Below are positions 36,505 to 45,150 of a stretch of 64,000 nucleotides of DNA, in pieces. This DNA comes from an uncultured Chloroflexia bacterium. GTDB taxonomy: Bacteria > Chloroflexota > Dormibacteria > Aeolococcales > Aeolococcaceae. The stretch is taken from the NCBI GenBank assembly GCA_963697585.1, contig CAVOOO010000009.1:599295-663294 (forward strand). Direction: 5' to 3'. A model generated the notes under the pieces. The model was not told the DNA's origin and did no database searches. It saw only the letters and a list, made by a program, of their open reading frames with translations. Every line of letters starts with the position of its first letter. Position 1 is the first letter of the stretch. Made by a program: the position numbers and the translations under genes.

Positions 36505-37272
36505 TCACCTGCGCAGCGCACCCGCCACTGCCGCCGCCACCCCGGCGGCATCACCCCGCGCCGCCACCACCGGCTCCATCCCGCGGCGGCGCAGGGAGGT
36601 GGCGGTGGTGTCGCCGACGCAGACCACGGTCACCCCGTCGAGCCCTCCCACGCCCACCGCCGCGACCACCGCCTCGGCGGCGCTCGGGCTGAGCAGCGTG
36701 ACCGCGTCGATCCCGCCGGCAAGGGTTGCGGCCAGCAGGCCGCCCAGGCCGGGGAGGGGGACGGTCCGGTAGCAGATGGTCACCGTGACCTCAGCGCCGG
36801 CCCGGCGCAGCCGCTCGGCCAGCTCGCCCCGGGCGGCCTCCGCCTGAGGGAGCCAGACCCCACCGCTCCCGGCTCCGGCCGCGACCAGAGCGTCGGCGAG
36901 CGCGGCCGCCCCCGTCCCGGCGGCCACCAGCTCGACGTTGATCCCGACCTCGCGCAGGGAGCGGGCGGTGCCCTCCCCACCGCGGCCACCCGGACACCGG
37001 CGAGGTCGCCGGGGAGGTCGAGCTGGCGGAGCCGCTCCACCGCATTGGCGCTGGTCACGGCCAGCCACCGGGGTGGGCGCCGAGCCCGCAGCCGGCGGGC
37101 GGCGTGATGCAACTCCTCGGCCGGGGCCACCGCCTCGATGGCGATGGCGGGGACCTCGACCACCGCCGCCCCGAGCTGGCGGAGCTCCTGGCTCAGCGCC
37201 GCCGCCTGGGCCGCGGCCCGGGTCGACCATGACGCGGCGACCGGCGAGCGGCCGCGCCGCCGGCATGCTCAT
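36505..37272 (-). pseudogene. hemD: Uroporphyrinogen-III synthase with two compensating apparent indels (+1 near 37224, -1 near 36971-36978)
   Basis: RPLAGRRVMV (frame a), then TRAAAQAAALSQELRQLGAAVVEVPAIAIEAV...WLAVTSANAVERL...VRVAAVG (frame b, ORF 36780..37163), then GTARSLREVGINVELVAAG...VVCVGDTTA (frame a). Total length is 768 nt (3n). Confidence 0.8.
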
Positions 37273-37294
37273 CGCGGCCTCGCCGCCGGCACGC

Positions 37295-38170
37295 TCATCG
37301 CAGCCTCGCCGCCACCCGCTCGCCGAGGTCACCCGGGGCGGCGGCGTCGCCGGCCAGCTCGGCCCTGCGCACCTCCCCGCCGGCATCGAGGGCGGCGGTC
37401 AGGACCAGGCGCCCCGCCTCGATCCGGGCCCAGGCGCCAAGCGGCAGCAGGCAGCCGCCGCCCAGGGCGGCGAGCACCGCCCGTTCGGCGACCGCCGCGG
37501 CGCGGGTCTCGGGGTGGTCCGCCGGGGCGCAGGCGGCCTCGGCGGGGCTGCCGATCCCGGCCTCGAGACCGATCGCGCCCTGGCAGGGAGCGGGCACGAA
37601 GAGGCGGGGGTCGAACCGCTGGCTGAGCCGCTCGGACGCCCCGATGCGATCGAGCCCGGCGCAGGCGAGCAGGAGCCCGGCGACCTCGCCGGCCTCGAGC
37701 TTGCGCAGCCGGGTGTCGACATTGCCCCGGATCGGCACCGCCACCAGATCGGGGCGGAGGACCCGGAGGAAGGCGGCGCGGCGCGCGCTGCTGGTTCCCA
37801 CCGCGGCGCCGGGCCTCAGCGCGTCGAGCCCGCCGCCATCCCGGGTGACCAGACCGTCACGGCAGTCGGCCCGCTCCAGGAACGCGGCGACCGCCAGGCC
37901 GTCACCGAGCCGGCTGGGCAGGTCCTTGGCGCTGTGGACGGCGGCATCCGCTCGCCCCGCGACGAGCTCCATCTCGAGGGCGGCGCTGAACCAGCCCTCC
38001 CCCTCCAGCCGCGTCACCGGCGTCGCGGCCTCGCGATCTCCCTGGGTCCTGACCACGACGGTCTCGACGGCGGGCACCCCCACCGCCCGCAGGGCGTCCG
38101 CCGCCAGGGCGGCCTGGGCGAGAGCCAGGCGGCTGCCGCGGGTGGCGAGCCGGAGGGTTCCGCCGATCAC
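37295..38170 (-). CDS. hemC: Hydroxymethylbilane synthase (porphobilinogen deaminase)
   Basis: GTG 38170 overlaps the hemA stop. LRLATRGSRLALAQA, HSAKDLP, VGTSSARR, IRGNVDTRLRKL, PAPCQGAIGLE. Confidence 0.92.
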   Translation of the reverse strand: MIGGTLRLATRGSRLALAQAALAADALRAVGVPAVETVVVRTQGDREAATPVTRLEGEGWFSAALEMELVAGRADAAVHSAKDLPSRLGDGLAVAAFLERADCRDGLVTRDGGGLDALRPGAAVGTSSARRAAFLRVLRPDLVAVPIRGNVDTRLRKLEAGEVAGLLLACAGLDRIGASERLSQRFDPRLFVPAPCQGAIGLEAGIGSPAEAACAPADHPETRAAAVAERAVLAALGGGCLLPLGAWARIEAGRLVLTAALDAGGEVRRAELAGDAAAPGDLGERVAARLR

Positions 38171-39441
38171 CGCTCGCCGGTGGCGGGATCGTCCAGGCTG
38201 AACGCCTCGCGGAGCCGGAGGGCCACTCCCGGGTCGTCGGAGGCCGCCCGGAGATGGGTGATCGGAGCGTGGAGCAGCTTGCGCACCAGGCTCCGGCTGA
38301 GGGTGTCGATGCGCTCGGTGAGCTCGGCGTCGGCGGCGGGGAGACGGGCCATGGTCCGCTCGACCTCCCGGCGCCGGATCATCTCGGCGCGCTCCAGCAG
38401 GGCCCGGATGGTGGGCACCGAGGCGTCGCGGCGGTCGAGCACCTCGAGGGTGCGTCGCACCTCCTCGGCCACCACCAGGGACGCCGCGGCGATCGCCCGG
38501 CCGTGGTCGTGGGCACCGTCCTGGAGGCGGCGCCCCAGCTCGTCGATATCGATCAGGGTCACCCCCGGGAGGCCGGCGACGTCCGGGGCGACGTCGCGGG
38601 GCACCGCCAGGTCGATGAGGCAGAGCGGCCGCCCGGAGCGCTTGACCTGGACCGCGCTGCAGAGAGCCCGGTCCAGAACCGGCTCGAAGCTGGTGGTGGC
38701 GGCGACCACCAGGTCGCACTCCAGCATCGCGGCGGCCAGGTCGTCGGTGCCGACCACCGACGCGCCCAGCTGGGTGGCGAGGGCGGCGGCGGACTCGCCG
38801 CCTCGTGAGCTCACCCGCAGGTGGGCGCCCTGGCGCTGGAGCCGGCGCGCCGCCAGGGCGCTCATCTTGCCGGCACCGATGAGCAGGGCGGTGCGGCCCT
38901 CGACGCCACCCAGCACCTTCTCGGCCACCGCGATGGCCGCCTCGCTGATGCTGCCCGCGGCGCGGCCGATCCCGGTCTGGCTGCGCGCCAGCTTGGCGGC
39001 CCCGATGGCCCGCCGGAAGACGAAGTCGAGCTGCGCGTCCAGGGTGCCGGTCTCCAGGGCCAGGCGATGCGCCGCCCTGACCTGGCCGAGGACCTGGGTC
39101 TCACCCACCACCATCGAGTCCAGCCCGGTGGCCACCCGGAAGAGGTGCTCCACCGCCTCCTCGCCGCGGAAGATGGTGACGTGCTCGCGCACCGGCGCCT
39201 CCCCCTCGGGGTCGAGGTAGCGGCGCAGCCGGGGGATGATCGCCTCCGGGTCCGGGTCGTCGTGGACGCTGACGTAGAGCTCGGTGCGGTTGCAGGTCGA
39301 GATCGCGGCGGCGCCGCTCAGACCGCCGTGGCCGACCAGGAAGCGGAGCAGGTGACGTGCCGCGGGGTCGGAGAGGGCGGCGCGCTCGCGGACCTCCACG
39401 GGAGCCGTGCGAAAGGTGATCCCGGCGGCGATGAGGCGCAT
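38167..39441 (-). CDS. hemA: Glutamyl-tRNA reductase
   Basis: From ATG 39441: MRLIAAGITFRTAPVEVRE, STCNRTELY, GETQVLGQV, LIGAGKMS. Confidence 0.93.
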   Translation of the reverse strand: MRLIAAGITFRTAPVEVRERAALSDPAARHLLRFLVGHGGLSGAAAISTCNRTELYVSVHDDPDPEAIIPRLRRYLDPEGEAPVREHVTIFRGEEAVEHLFRVATGLDSMVVGETQVLGQVRAAHRLALETGTLDAQLDFVFRRAIGAAKLARSQTGIGRAAGSISEAAIAVAEKVLGGVEGRTALLIGAGKMSALAARRLQRQGAHLRVSSRGGESAAALATQLGASVVGTDDLAAAMLECDLVVAATTSFEPVLDRALCSAVQVKRSGRPLCLIDLAVPRDVAPDVAGLPGVTLIDIDELGRRLQDGAHDHGRAIAAASLVVAEEVRRTLEVLDRRDASVPTIRALLERAEMIRRREVERTMARLPAADAELTERIDTLSRSLVRKLLHAPITHLRAASDDPGVALRLREAFSLDDPATGER

Positions 39442-39449
39442 CTGTCCCG

Positions 39450-39455
39450 AGTATA
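39450..39455 (-). promoter_or_regulatory. Candidate -10 box TATACT 8 nt upstream of the hemA ATG (near-leaderless)
   Basis: The minus strand reads GAACCTATACTCGGGACAGATG. There is no SD between the box and the start. Confidence 0.35.
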
Positions 39456-39502
39456 GGTTCGCTCCGGTACCCGAAGCGGTTAGGATGGCCGGAGACTCGC
39501 AC

Positions 39503-40418
39503 ATGTCCCTCTCCACACCCATGCCGGCGCCGCAGTCGCCTGATTCTTCGACGGGGGAATCCGAGCCACCCTCCGGGGGCGGCGGCGAGTCGACCACCCA
39601 CGGACGTCGCCACTACGGCCGGCGGCGGGGGTCGGTCCCGGTCGGGGACAGCTTCGTGGCTCGACTCGGCCCCGCCGGCGATGAGCTCTTCGCGGCGATC
39701 GACGACCCGGACGACGAGCCGCTGCGCGCCCGTCCCGCCCCCGAGACGCCGATCGAGCAGCTCCGATTCGTGGCCGTGGACTGCGAGACCACCGGCCAGT
39801 CCCCGCACCGGCTGGTCGAGCTGGGGGCGGTCGCCTTCACCCTCGAGCGCCACCTGAGCTCACTGGAGACGCTGGTCCACAGCAACGACCGGATCAACCC
39901 GTACGCGCGGCGCATCCACGGCATCTCCAGCGAGACCCTGGGGGGCGCGCCCGCGGTGCGGCCCGTGCTGGAGCGGTTTCGCCGCTTCTGCCGGGGGGCG
40001 GTTCTGGTCGAGCACAGCGCCGACGCCTTCGACAGCCGGCTGATCGCGGCGACCCTGGGGGAGAGCCTGGAGGCGGACAACCTCGACACCTCGCGAACTC
40101 GCGGCCAAGCTCTACGACCTCCGCGACACCATCGGACTGGAGCGGCTCTGCGTCGAGCTGGGCGTGGCCCATCGCCGTCCCCACCACGCGCTCGCCAACT
40201 CGGAGGCGACCATGGGCTGCTTCCTCGAGCTGGTCCGGCGGGGCCGCGAGCCGTTCGGCTGGCGGACCCTGGGCGACCTGCTCGCCGACGGCCAGCCACC
40301 GCCACCGCGCTGGGTGGACGGCGAGACCGGCAACCACCGCGACGACGCGGCCCGGCGGCGCCGCGGCGGCAAGCGGCGGCGCCGTGGCCCGCCGACGGGA
40401 GAAGCCGCCAGCCAGTGA
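39503..40418 (+). pseudogene. DnaQ/DEDDh-family 3'-5' exonuclease with disordered N-terminus, apparent +1 indel near 40094
   Basis: FVAVDCETTG (ExoI), HGISSETL, VLVEHSADAFDSRLI (ExoII) and NLDTS are in frame 1. ELAAKLYDLRDTIGLERLCVELGVAHRRPHHALANSEAT (ExoIII H-x4-D-like) is in frame 2 (ORF 40164..40418). Length is 916 nt (3n+1). Confidence 0.75.
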
Positions 40419-40493
40419 CGACTCCCCGAGGGGGCCTGCCGCCACATCCGCACGCGGAGCCACCTCCGGGCGCTGCCCCGACCAGGAGATCGC

Positions 40494-40994
40494 ATGACTC
40501 ATCACCTGAGTGACAACGGCCTGGTGAGACCGCGCTTCGCGGAGCGTCCCCCGGTCCGGTTCGACCTCGACCCCCGGCGGATGGGCGTGGTGCTGACGAT
40601 CCTCGGGATCATCGCCGCGGTCGTCTCGCTGCTCTACGTGCTCGGGGTCTCCGGCCTCTGCAACGGGAAGGTCCTCTGCAGCTTCCCCACCGTCAACGTG
40701 GCCGGCACCGTCCTCCTGACCGCGGGGTGGGTGGCCATGACCGTCGGGGTGGTGATGACGCTGGCGCTCACCGGGGGCGGCCGGGCGGTGGCCGTCTACG
40801 GGCTGGTCGTGGCGGCCGCCGGCGACGTGGTCTCGCTGGTGGGGAGCATCGTCTTCGTGGGCGCCAACCCTCTCTACTACCGGGGGCTCGGCGCCGGCTC
40901 GATCGTCATCTTCATCTTCTGGCTGGTGCTCGCCGCCTTCCTGTACTACCTGGTGGTGACCAGCCGGCCGGTGGGCGAACCTCCGACCCCGTAG
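40494..40994 (+). CDS. Hypothetical integral membrane protein (4 TM)
   Basis: 166-aa ORF with four clear hydrophobic helices. No recognisable family. Confidence 0.55.
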   Translation: MTHHLSDNGLVRPRFAERPPVRFDLDPRRMGVVLTILGIIAAVVSLLYVLGVSGLCNGKVLCSFPTVNVAGTVLLTAGWVAMTVGVVMTLALTGGGRAVAVYGLVVAAAGDVVSLVGSIVFVGANPLYYRGLGAGSIVIFIFWLVLAAFLYYLVVTSRPVGEPPTP

Positions 40995-41000
40995 CCGGGG

Positions 41001-42008
41001 TCAGCAGCGGAGCTCGGCGGTGACCGGGAAGTGGTCCGAGGCGGTGGTCACCTCACGGGTGGCGCGGCCCCGCCCGGTGAGCACGTCACAGGTGACCAGC
41101 CGGGGGACCACCTCGGAGCTCGCGAAGACGTAGTCGATGCGGGCCGCGGGCAGCCAGGTGGCGCAGGTGTAGCCGTGGGCGCGGGGATGGAGGTGGCGGT
41201 AGCAGTCGGTGTACCCCGCCTCGAGCAGGCGCGGCACCGTCCAGCGCTCGATCGCCCGGCCCAGCACCCGGTCCACCGCCGGCCGCTCGGGCAGCAGCCC
41301 GGTCAGCGGCCCGACCACCCAGGGAAGCGACGGCACCCCGCCCTGGAGCCGCGGATCGATGCCCTGGGCCAGCCAGCGCGCGTCCAGCGCCTCCTCCGCG
41401 CCGGCCGTCGGGCCCATCCAGCCGTCCGCCCGGCGCACCAGCAGCCGGGCCCGGCGCAGCTCATTCATCCGCCGGAAGAAGCGGGTCGCCTCCAGGTGGT
41501 CGCCGGGGCTGAGCGAGTTGAAGTCGCCCAGGATGAGATGGGGAAGGCGCGGCTCCCCGGCGATGTCGTGGAGCACGGCCTCCAGCTCCCGGAGGCGGCG
41601 GGCCTCGCCCTTGGCCCGCTCGCCGAAGCGGGCGGCCAGGTGGACGACGTGGAAGCGCAGCCGATCGCCCTCCCGCGGCCGGACGGTGACCTCGAGGTGG
41701 CTCCGCAGCATCCCGGGGTGGCGGCGGTTGCGGTGGGCCGCGATCGGGAGCCGGGTGAGCACCGCCAGCCCCAGCGGGCCGCGGTCGCTCGGCGCCCCGA
41801 ACACCACGGTCATCCCGAGCCGACCGGCCAAGCGCTCGACCATCCCGTCCTCGCCCACCTCCTGGAGGGCGATGAGATCGGCACCCGCCCGGGCCAGGAC
41901 CCCGGCGATCCGCTCCTCACGCCGCTCCCCGCCGAGCAGGACGTTGTAGGTCAGGATCCGGATCGTCGACCCGTCCCCGGGCTCACCTCGCGAGGGCATC
42001 GGCTCCAT
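41001..42008 (-). CDS. Endonuclease/exonuclease/phosphatase (EEP) family protein
   Basis: IRILTYNVL, LIALQEV, ILGDFNS, IDYVF, SDHFPV, the canonical EEP motif series. Start (ATG 42008 or 41999) is approximate. Confidence 0.85.
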   Translation of the reverse strand: MEPMPSRGEPGDGSTIRILTYNVLLGGERREERIAGVLARAGADLIALQEVGEDGMVERLAGRLGMTVVFGAPSDRGPLGLAVLTRLPIAAHRNRRHPGMLRSHLEVTVRPREGDRLRFHVVHLAARFGERAKGEARRLRELEAVLHDIAGEPRLPHLILGDFNSLSPGDHLEATRFFRRMNELRRARLLVRRADGWMGPTAGAEEALDARWLAQGIDPRLQGGVPSLPWVVGPLTGLLPERPAVDRVLGRAIERWTVPRLLEAGYTDCYRHLHPRAHGYTCATWLPAARIDYVFASSEVVPRLVTCDVLTGRGRATREVTTASDHFPVTAELRC

Positions 42009-42046
42009 TCTCGACCACCGCTCCGGCGCGAATACAATTCCAGCCG

Positions 42047-42691
42047 ATGCGGGACCGCGAGAGCGCCGGCGCACCCGGCCGCCTGGCCCTGCCGGCCGAG
42101 CTGCTCCTGCTCAACCGCCTGCCCCGGTCGGGCCGCCTGGCGGCCGGCCTTCTGGCCGTGGCGGTCGCGGTCGGATGGGGATTCGCCGCCCTCGCCATCC
42201 ACGAGCACGAGCTCGACCTCCGCGAGGCCGGGAGCGTGCTCAGCCCGATGGGCAGCCTCTTCGCGGACGCGTCCTCCCCGCTCACCGCCTGGCCGGGGTG
42301 GGCGATCGCCGCCATCCTCGGCCTCAGCGCGGCACGGCTGCGCCGGGGGGCACTGGAGCCGCCCGCCGGCCGGACCAACCCCCGCGAGCTGACCGCCGCG
42401 GAGCTGCGGGCGGGGCTGCGCCGCGAGTACGCGGGCGCCCGCTGGGCCCTGGTCGGGCTCGGCGTGCTGACCCTCGCCGACCTCGCCCGCCTCGCCGTCA
42501 GCGGGGTCAGCGCGCTGGTCTCCGTGGCCGGCGCCGGCGACGGGCTGCTCTGGATGGGGGTCGAGGCCGGCGGCCTGGTCGCCGCCACCATCGCCCTCAT
42601 CGCCTGGCTGCTCAGCTTCCGGGGGCAGCTCGAGCGCATCGGAGCGCTGCGCGGCCCCCGCACCGGGGGTCCACCGGGCGCCCCTGGCTGA
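42047..42691 (+). CDS. Hypothetical membrane protein
   Basis: 214-aa ORF with 4 hydrophobic segments. No recognisable motifs. Confidence 0.45.
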   Translation: MRDRESAGAPGRLALPAELLLLNRLPRSGRLAAGLLAVAVAVGWGFAALAIHEHELDLREAGSVLSPMGSLFADASSPLTAWPGWAIAAILGLSAARLRRGALEPPAGRTNPRELTAAELRAGLRREYAGARWALVGLGVLTLADLARLAVSGVSALVSVAGAGDGLLWMGVEAGGLVAATIALIAWLLSFRGQLERIGALRGPRTGGPPGAPG

Positions 42692-42724
42692 CCCGCAACC
42701 GTGGCCTGACCGGCGACCCCGGGG

Positions 42725-43723
42725 TCAGATCCGGCGCCCGACGACGTAGTCGCAGGCGGCCTCCAGGGTGTGCAGGGCGGGCGAGGGGGCGAAGCCGGCC
42801 AGCTCGGCGCGGGCCTCGCGGGCGAACTCCTGGGCGGCGCCCTCGGTGGCCGCGATCGCGCCGCTGCGCCGCACCAGCTCGACCACCAGCTCGTAGTCCG
42901 GTTCACCCCGGGGCCGGCGCTCCAGGACGGAGGTGAGCTCCGACCCCACCTGCGGGTCCTGGAGGGCCAGCATGAACGGGAGGGTGACGGTGCCCTGGCG
43001 GAGGTCCGCCCCGACCGGTTTGCCGAGCTCCGCCTCGGTCGCGACGTAGTCGAGCAGATCGTCGGCGATCTGGAAGGCCATCCCCAGCTTGTGGCCGTAG
43101 CGCTGCAGCGCGGCCCGCTGAGCCGGATCGAGCCCCCCCACCACCGCGCCGCAGAAGCAGCAGGTGGCGACCAGCGTGGCCGTCTTGCGCTCGATCTTGC
43201 GGTGATAGTCGGCCAGCGACTGGTAGTAGTCGTCCTTGCTGGTCATCTGCAGCAGCTCGCCCATGCAGATGGTCATCACCGTGTTGCTGATGGCGACGTC
43301 GATGGCCGGCTCGCCGATGCCGGCGGTGAGATTGGCGCCCTTGGCGAAGTAGTAGTCGCCGATGATGATCGCCGGGGCCGGCCCCATGGTCTCGTGGAGG
43401 GTGGTCATCCCCCGCCGGGTCGGGGAGCGATCGATGAGGTCGTCGTGCACCAGGGTGGCGGTGTGGATGAACTCGATGCCCATGGCCAGGTCGTAGACGT
43501 GGTCCATGACCGGATCGCCCAGGCGCGAGCTGAGGATGACCAGCGCGGGTCGGATCCGCTTCCCGCCGGCCCGAACGATGTGGCGCATCGCCTCCGCCAT
43601 CGGGCCGAGGTCGGCCGCGACCGCCGCTTCCAGGCGCTCCTCGAACTCGGCGAGCTCGTCCAGGATCGGCTCGAAGAGCATCTGGGTCTGGCTGGCCGCC
43701 GGGCTCGCGGCGTCGGCCTTCAC
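42725..43723 (-). CDS. trans-Polyprenyl diphosphate synthase (IspB/HepT-like)
   Basis: First DDxxD (ATLVHDDLIDRSPTRRG) and second DDxxD (FQIADDLLDY). 4-nt overlap with the upstream mur ligase gene. Confidence 0.9.
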   Translation of the reverse strand: MKADAASPAASQTQMLFEPILDELAEFEERLEAAVAADLGPMAEAMRHIVRAGGKRIRPALVILSSRLGDPVMDHVYDLAMGIEFIHTATLVHDDLIDRSPTRRGMTTLHETMGPAPAIIIGDYYFAKGANLTAGIGEPAIDVAISNTVMTICMGELLQMTSKDDYYQSLADYHRKIERKTATLVATCCFCGAVVGGLDPAQRAALQRYGHKLGMAFQIADDLLDYVATEAELGKPVGADLRQGTVTLPFMLALQDPQVGSELTSVLERRPRGEPDYELVVELVRRSGAIAATEGAAQEFAREARAELAGFAPSPALHTLEAACDYVVGRRI

Positions 43724-45150
43724 GCCCCACCCTGGGGGATCGGGTTCGCCGGCTTGCGGAGGGCTCCGCTCGCGTCCATCTGGGAAGTGAGGATATCAGT
43801 GGCCGACATCCCCAACCCCGCCACCGCGGCGCGGAAGGCGTCGCCCCGGGCCTCGAAGTCGCGGAAGGCGCCGTAACTCGCCGCCGCCGGAGAGAGGAGC
43901 ACGACCGATCCCGGGTGGCTCCGCTCCCTGGCCAGGCGGACGGCCTCCTCCAGGTCGGCGGCCGGGACCACGGGCGCGCTCCCCGCGGCCCGGGCGAGGT
44001 CGGCGCCCAGCCGGTCTCCGCTGGGAGGCAGGGTGACCACCGCGAGGACCCCCCGCTCCGGCCGGCAGCGGCGCACCAGCGAAGCGTGGTCCTGCCCGCG
44101 GTCGAATCCCCCCGCGATCAGCACCACCGGTCGCCCCTCCAGGGCGTCCAGCGCCGCCACCGTGGCCTCCGGGATGGTCGCGATGCTGTCATTGACGAAG
44201 GTCACCCCGCCGGCCTCGGCGACCGGCTCGAGGCGATGGCGGAGCGGGTGGAAGTCGCTCAGCGAGGCGACCCGCGAGCGCACCTCGACCCCGGCCTCCT
44301 CCAGGGCGGCGAGCGCCGCACAGGCGTTGAGCAGGTTGTGGCGGCCACGGAGCTGCAGCCGGTCAGCGCCGATGAGGCGCTCGGCGCGCCAGATGATCGA
44401 GCGACCGTCGGTGTGGTACCCGGCGGCGTCGCCGAACCAGACGTGGCGTCCCGGCAGCCGGTCCGCCCGCGCCTGGGTCCCCAGGTCCTCCCGGTTGAGG
44501 ACCGCCACCCCGTCCCGGCGATGGGCGAAGAGGTTGAGCTTGTCCTCGATGTACCTCTCCTCGCTCCGGTGCCAGTCCAGGTGCTCGCGGTAGAGGTTGA
44601 GCAGGACCCCGATGCGCGGCGACCACTCGAGGTCGCTGGTCTGGTGGCTCGAGAGCTCCAGCACCCAGAGGTCGGGCGCGGGATCCGGATGGAGGTGCCC
44701 GAGCAGGGGGACCCCGATGTTGCCGGCGAGCACGGTGCGGAGCCCGGCGGCGCGGGCCAGGAAGTCGATCAGCGAGCTGGTCGTGCTCTTTCCCTTGGAG
44801 CCGGTCACGGCGATGATCGGCTCACCAGCGTGCTCGGCGAACCAGAGGTTGGTCGCGGTGGTGACCCGGGTGGCGGCGGCGACCCGCTGCGCGTCCTCCC
44901 GGTAGCGGCTGATCCCCGGCGAGCGGATCACCACGTCGAGGGCGCAGAGCCGGTCGATCCCCTCGGCGCCATCCAGCCAGGGGACGGTGGGGGCGATGGC
45001 CCGCTCCGCGTCCCCCGGGGGCGCGTCGGTGACGATGACGATCTCGCGCGGCGGGGTCGGCTGCGCGGCGAGCACCGCCAGCGAGGCCCGCCCCTCGCGC
45101 CCCAAGCCCCAGAGCCCGACGCTCAGACCGCCCAGCTCACTCGAGCGCAT
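43720..45150 (-). CDS. murD: MurD-family UDP-MurNAc-L-Ala:glutamate ligase, probably MurD2 (L-Glu-adding) type
   Basis: GLWGLGREG, VTGSKGKSTTSSL, VLELSSHQ, NLYREHLDWH. It lies outside any dcw cluster and directly downstream of a MurL-like gene. Confidence 0.8.
   Translation of the reverse strand: MRSSELGGLSVGLWGLGREGRASLAVLAAQPTPPREIVIVTDAPPGDAERAIAPTVPWLDGAEGIDRLCALDVVIRSPGISRYREDAQRVAAATRVTTATNLWFAEHAGEPIIAVTGSKGKSTTSSLIDFLARAAGLRTVLAGNIGVPLLGHLHPDPAPDLWVLELSSHQTSDLEWSPRIGVLLNLYREHLDWHRSEERYIEDKLNLFAHRRDGVAVLNREDLGTQARADRLPGRHVWFGDAAGYHTDGRSIIWRAERLIGADRLQLRGRHNLLNACAALAALEEAGVEVRSRVASLSDFHPLRHRLEPVAEAGGVTFVNDSIATIPEATVAALDALEGRPVVLIAGGFDRGQDHASLVRRCRPERGVLAVVTLPPSGDRLGADLARAAGSAPVVPAADLEEAVRLARERSHPGSVVLLSPAAASYGAFRDFEARGDAFRAAVAGLGMSATDILTSQMDASGALRKPANPIPQGGA

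Noticed and set aside
36938-39220. 760-aa plus-strand ORF over hemD-hemC-hemA
   Set aside because: It is antisense to three overlapping hem genes with canonical motifs. The translation is low-complexity.
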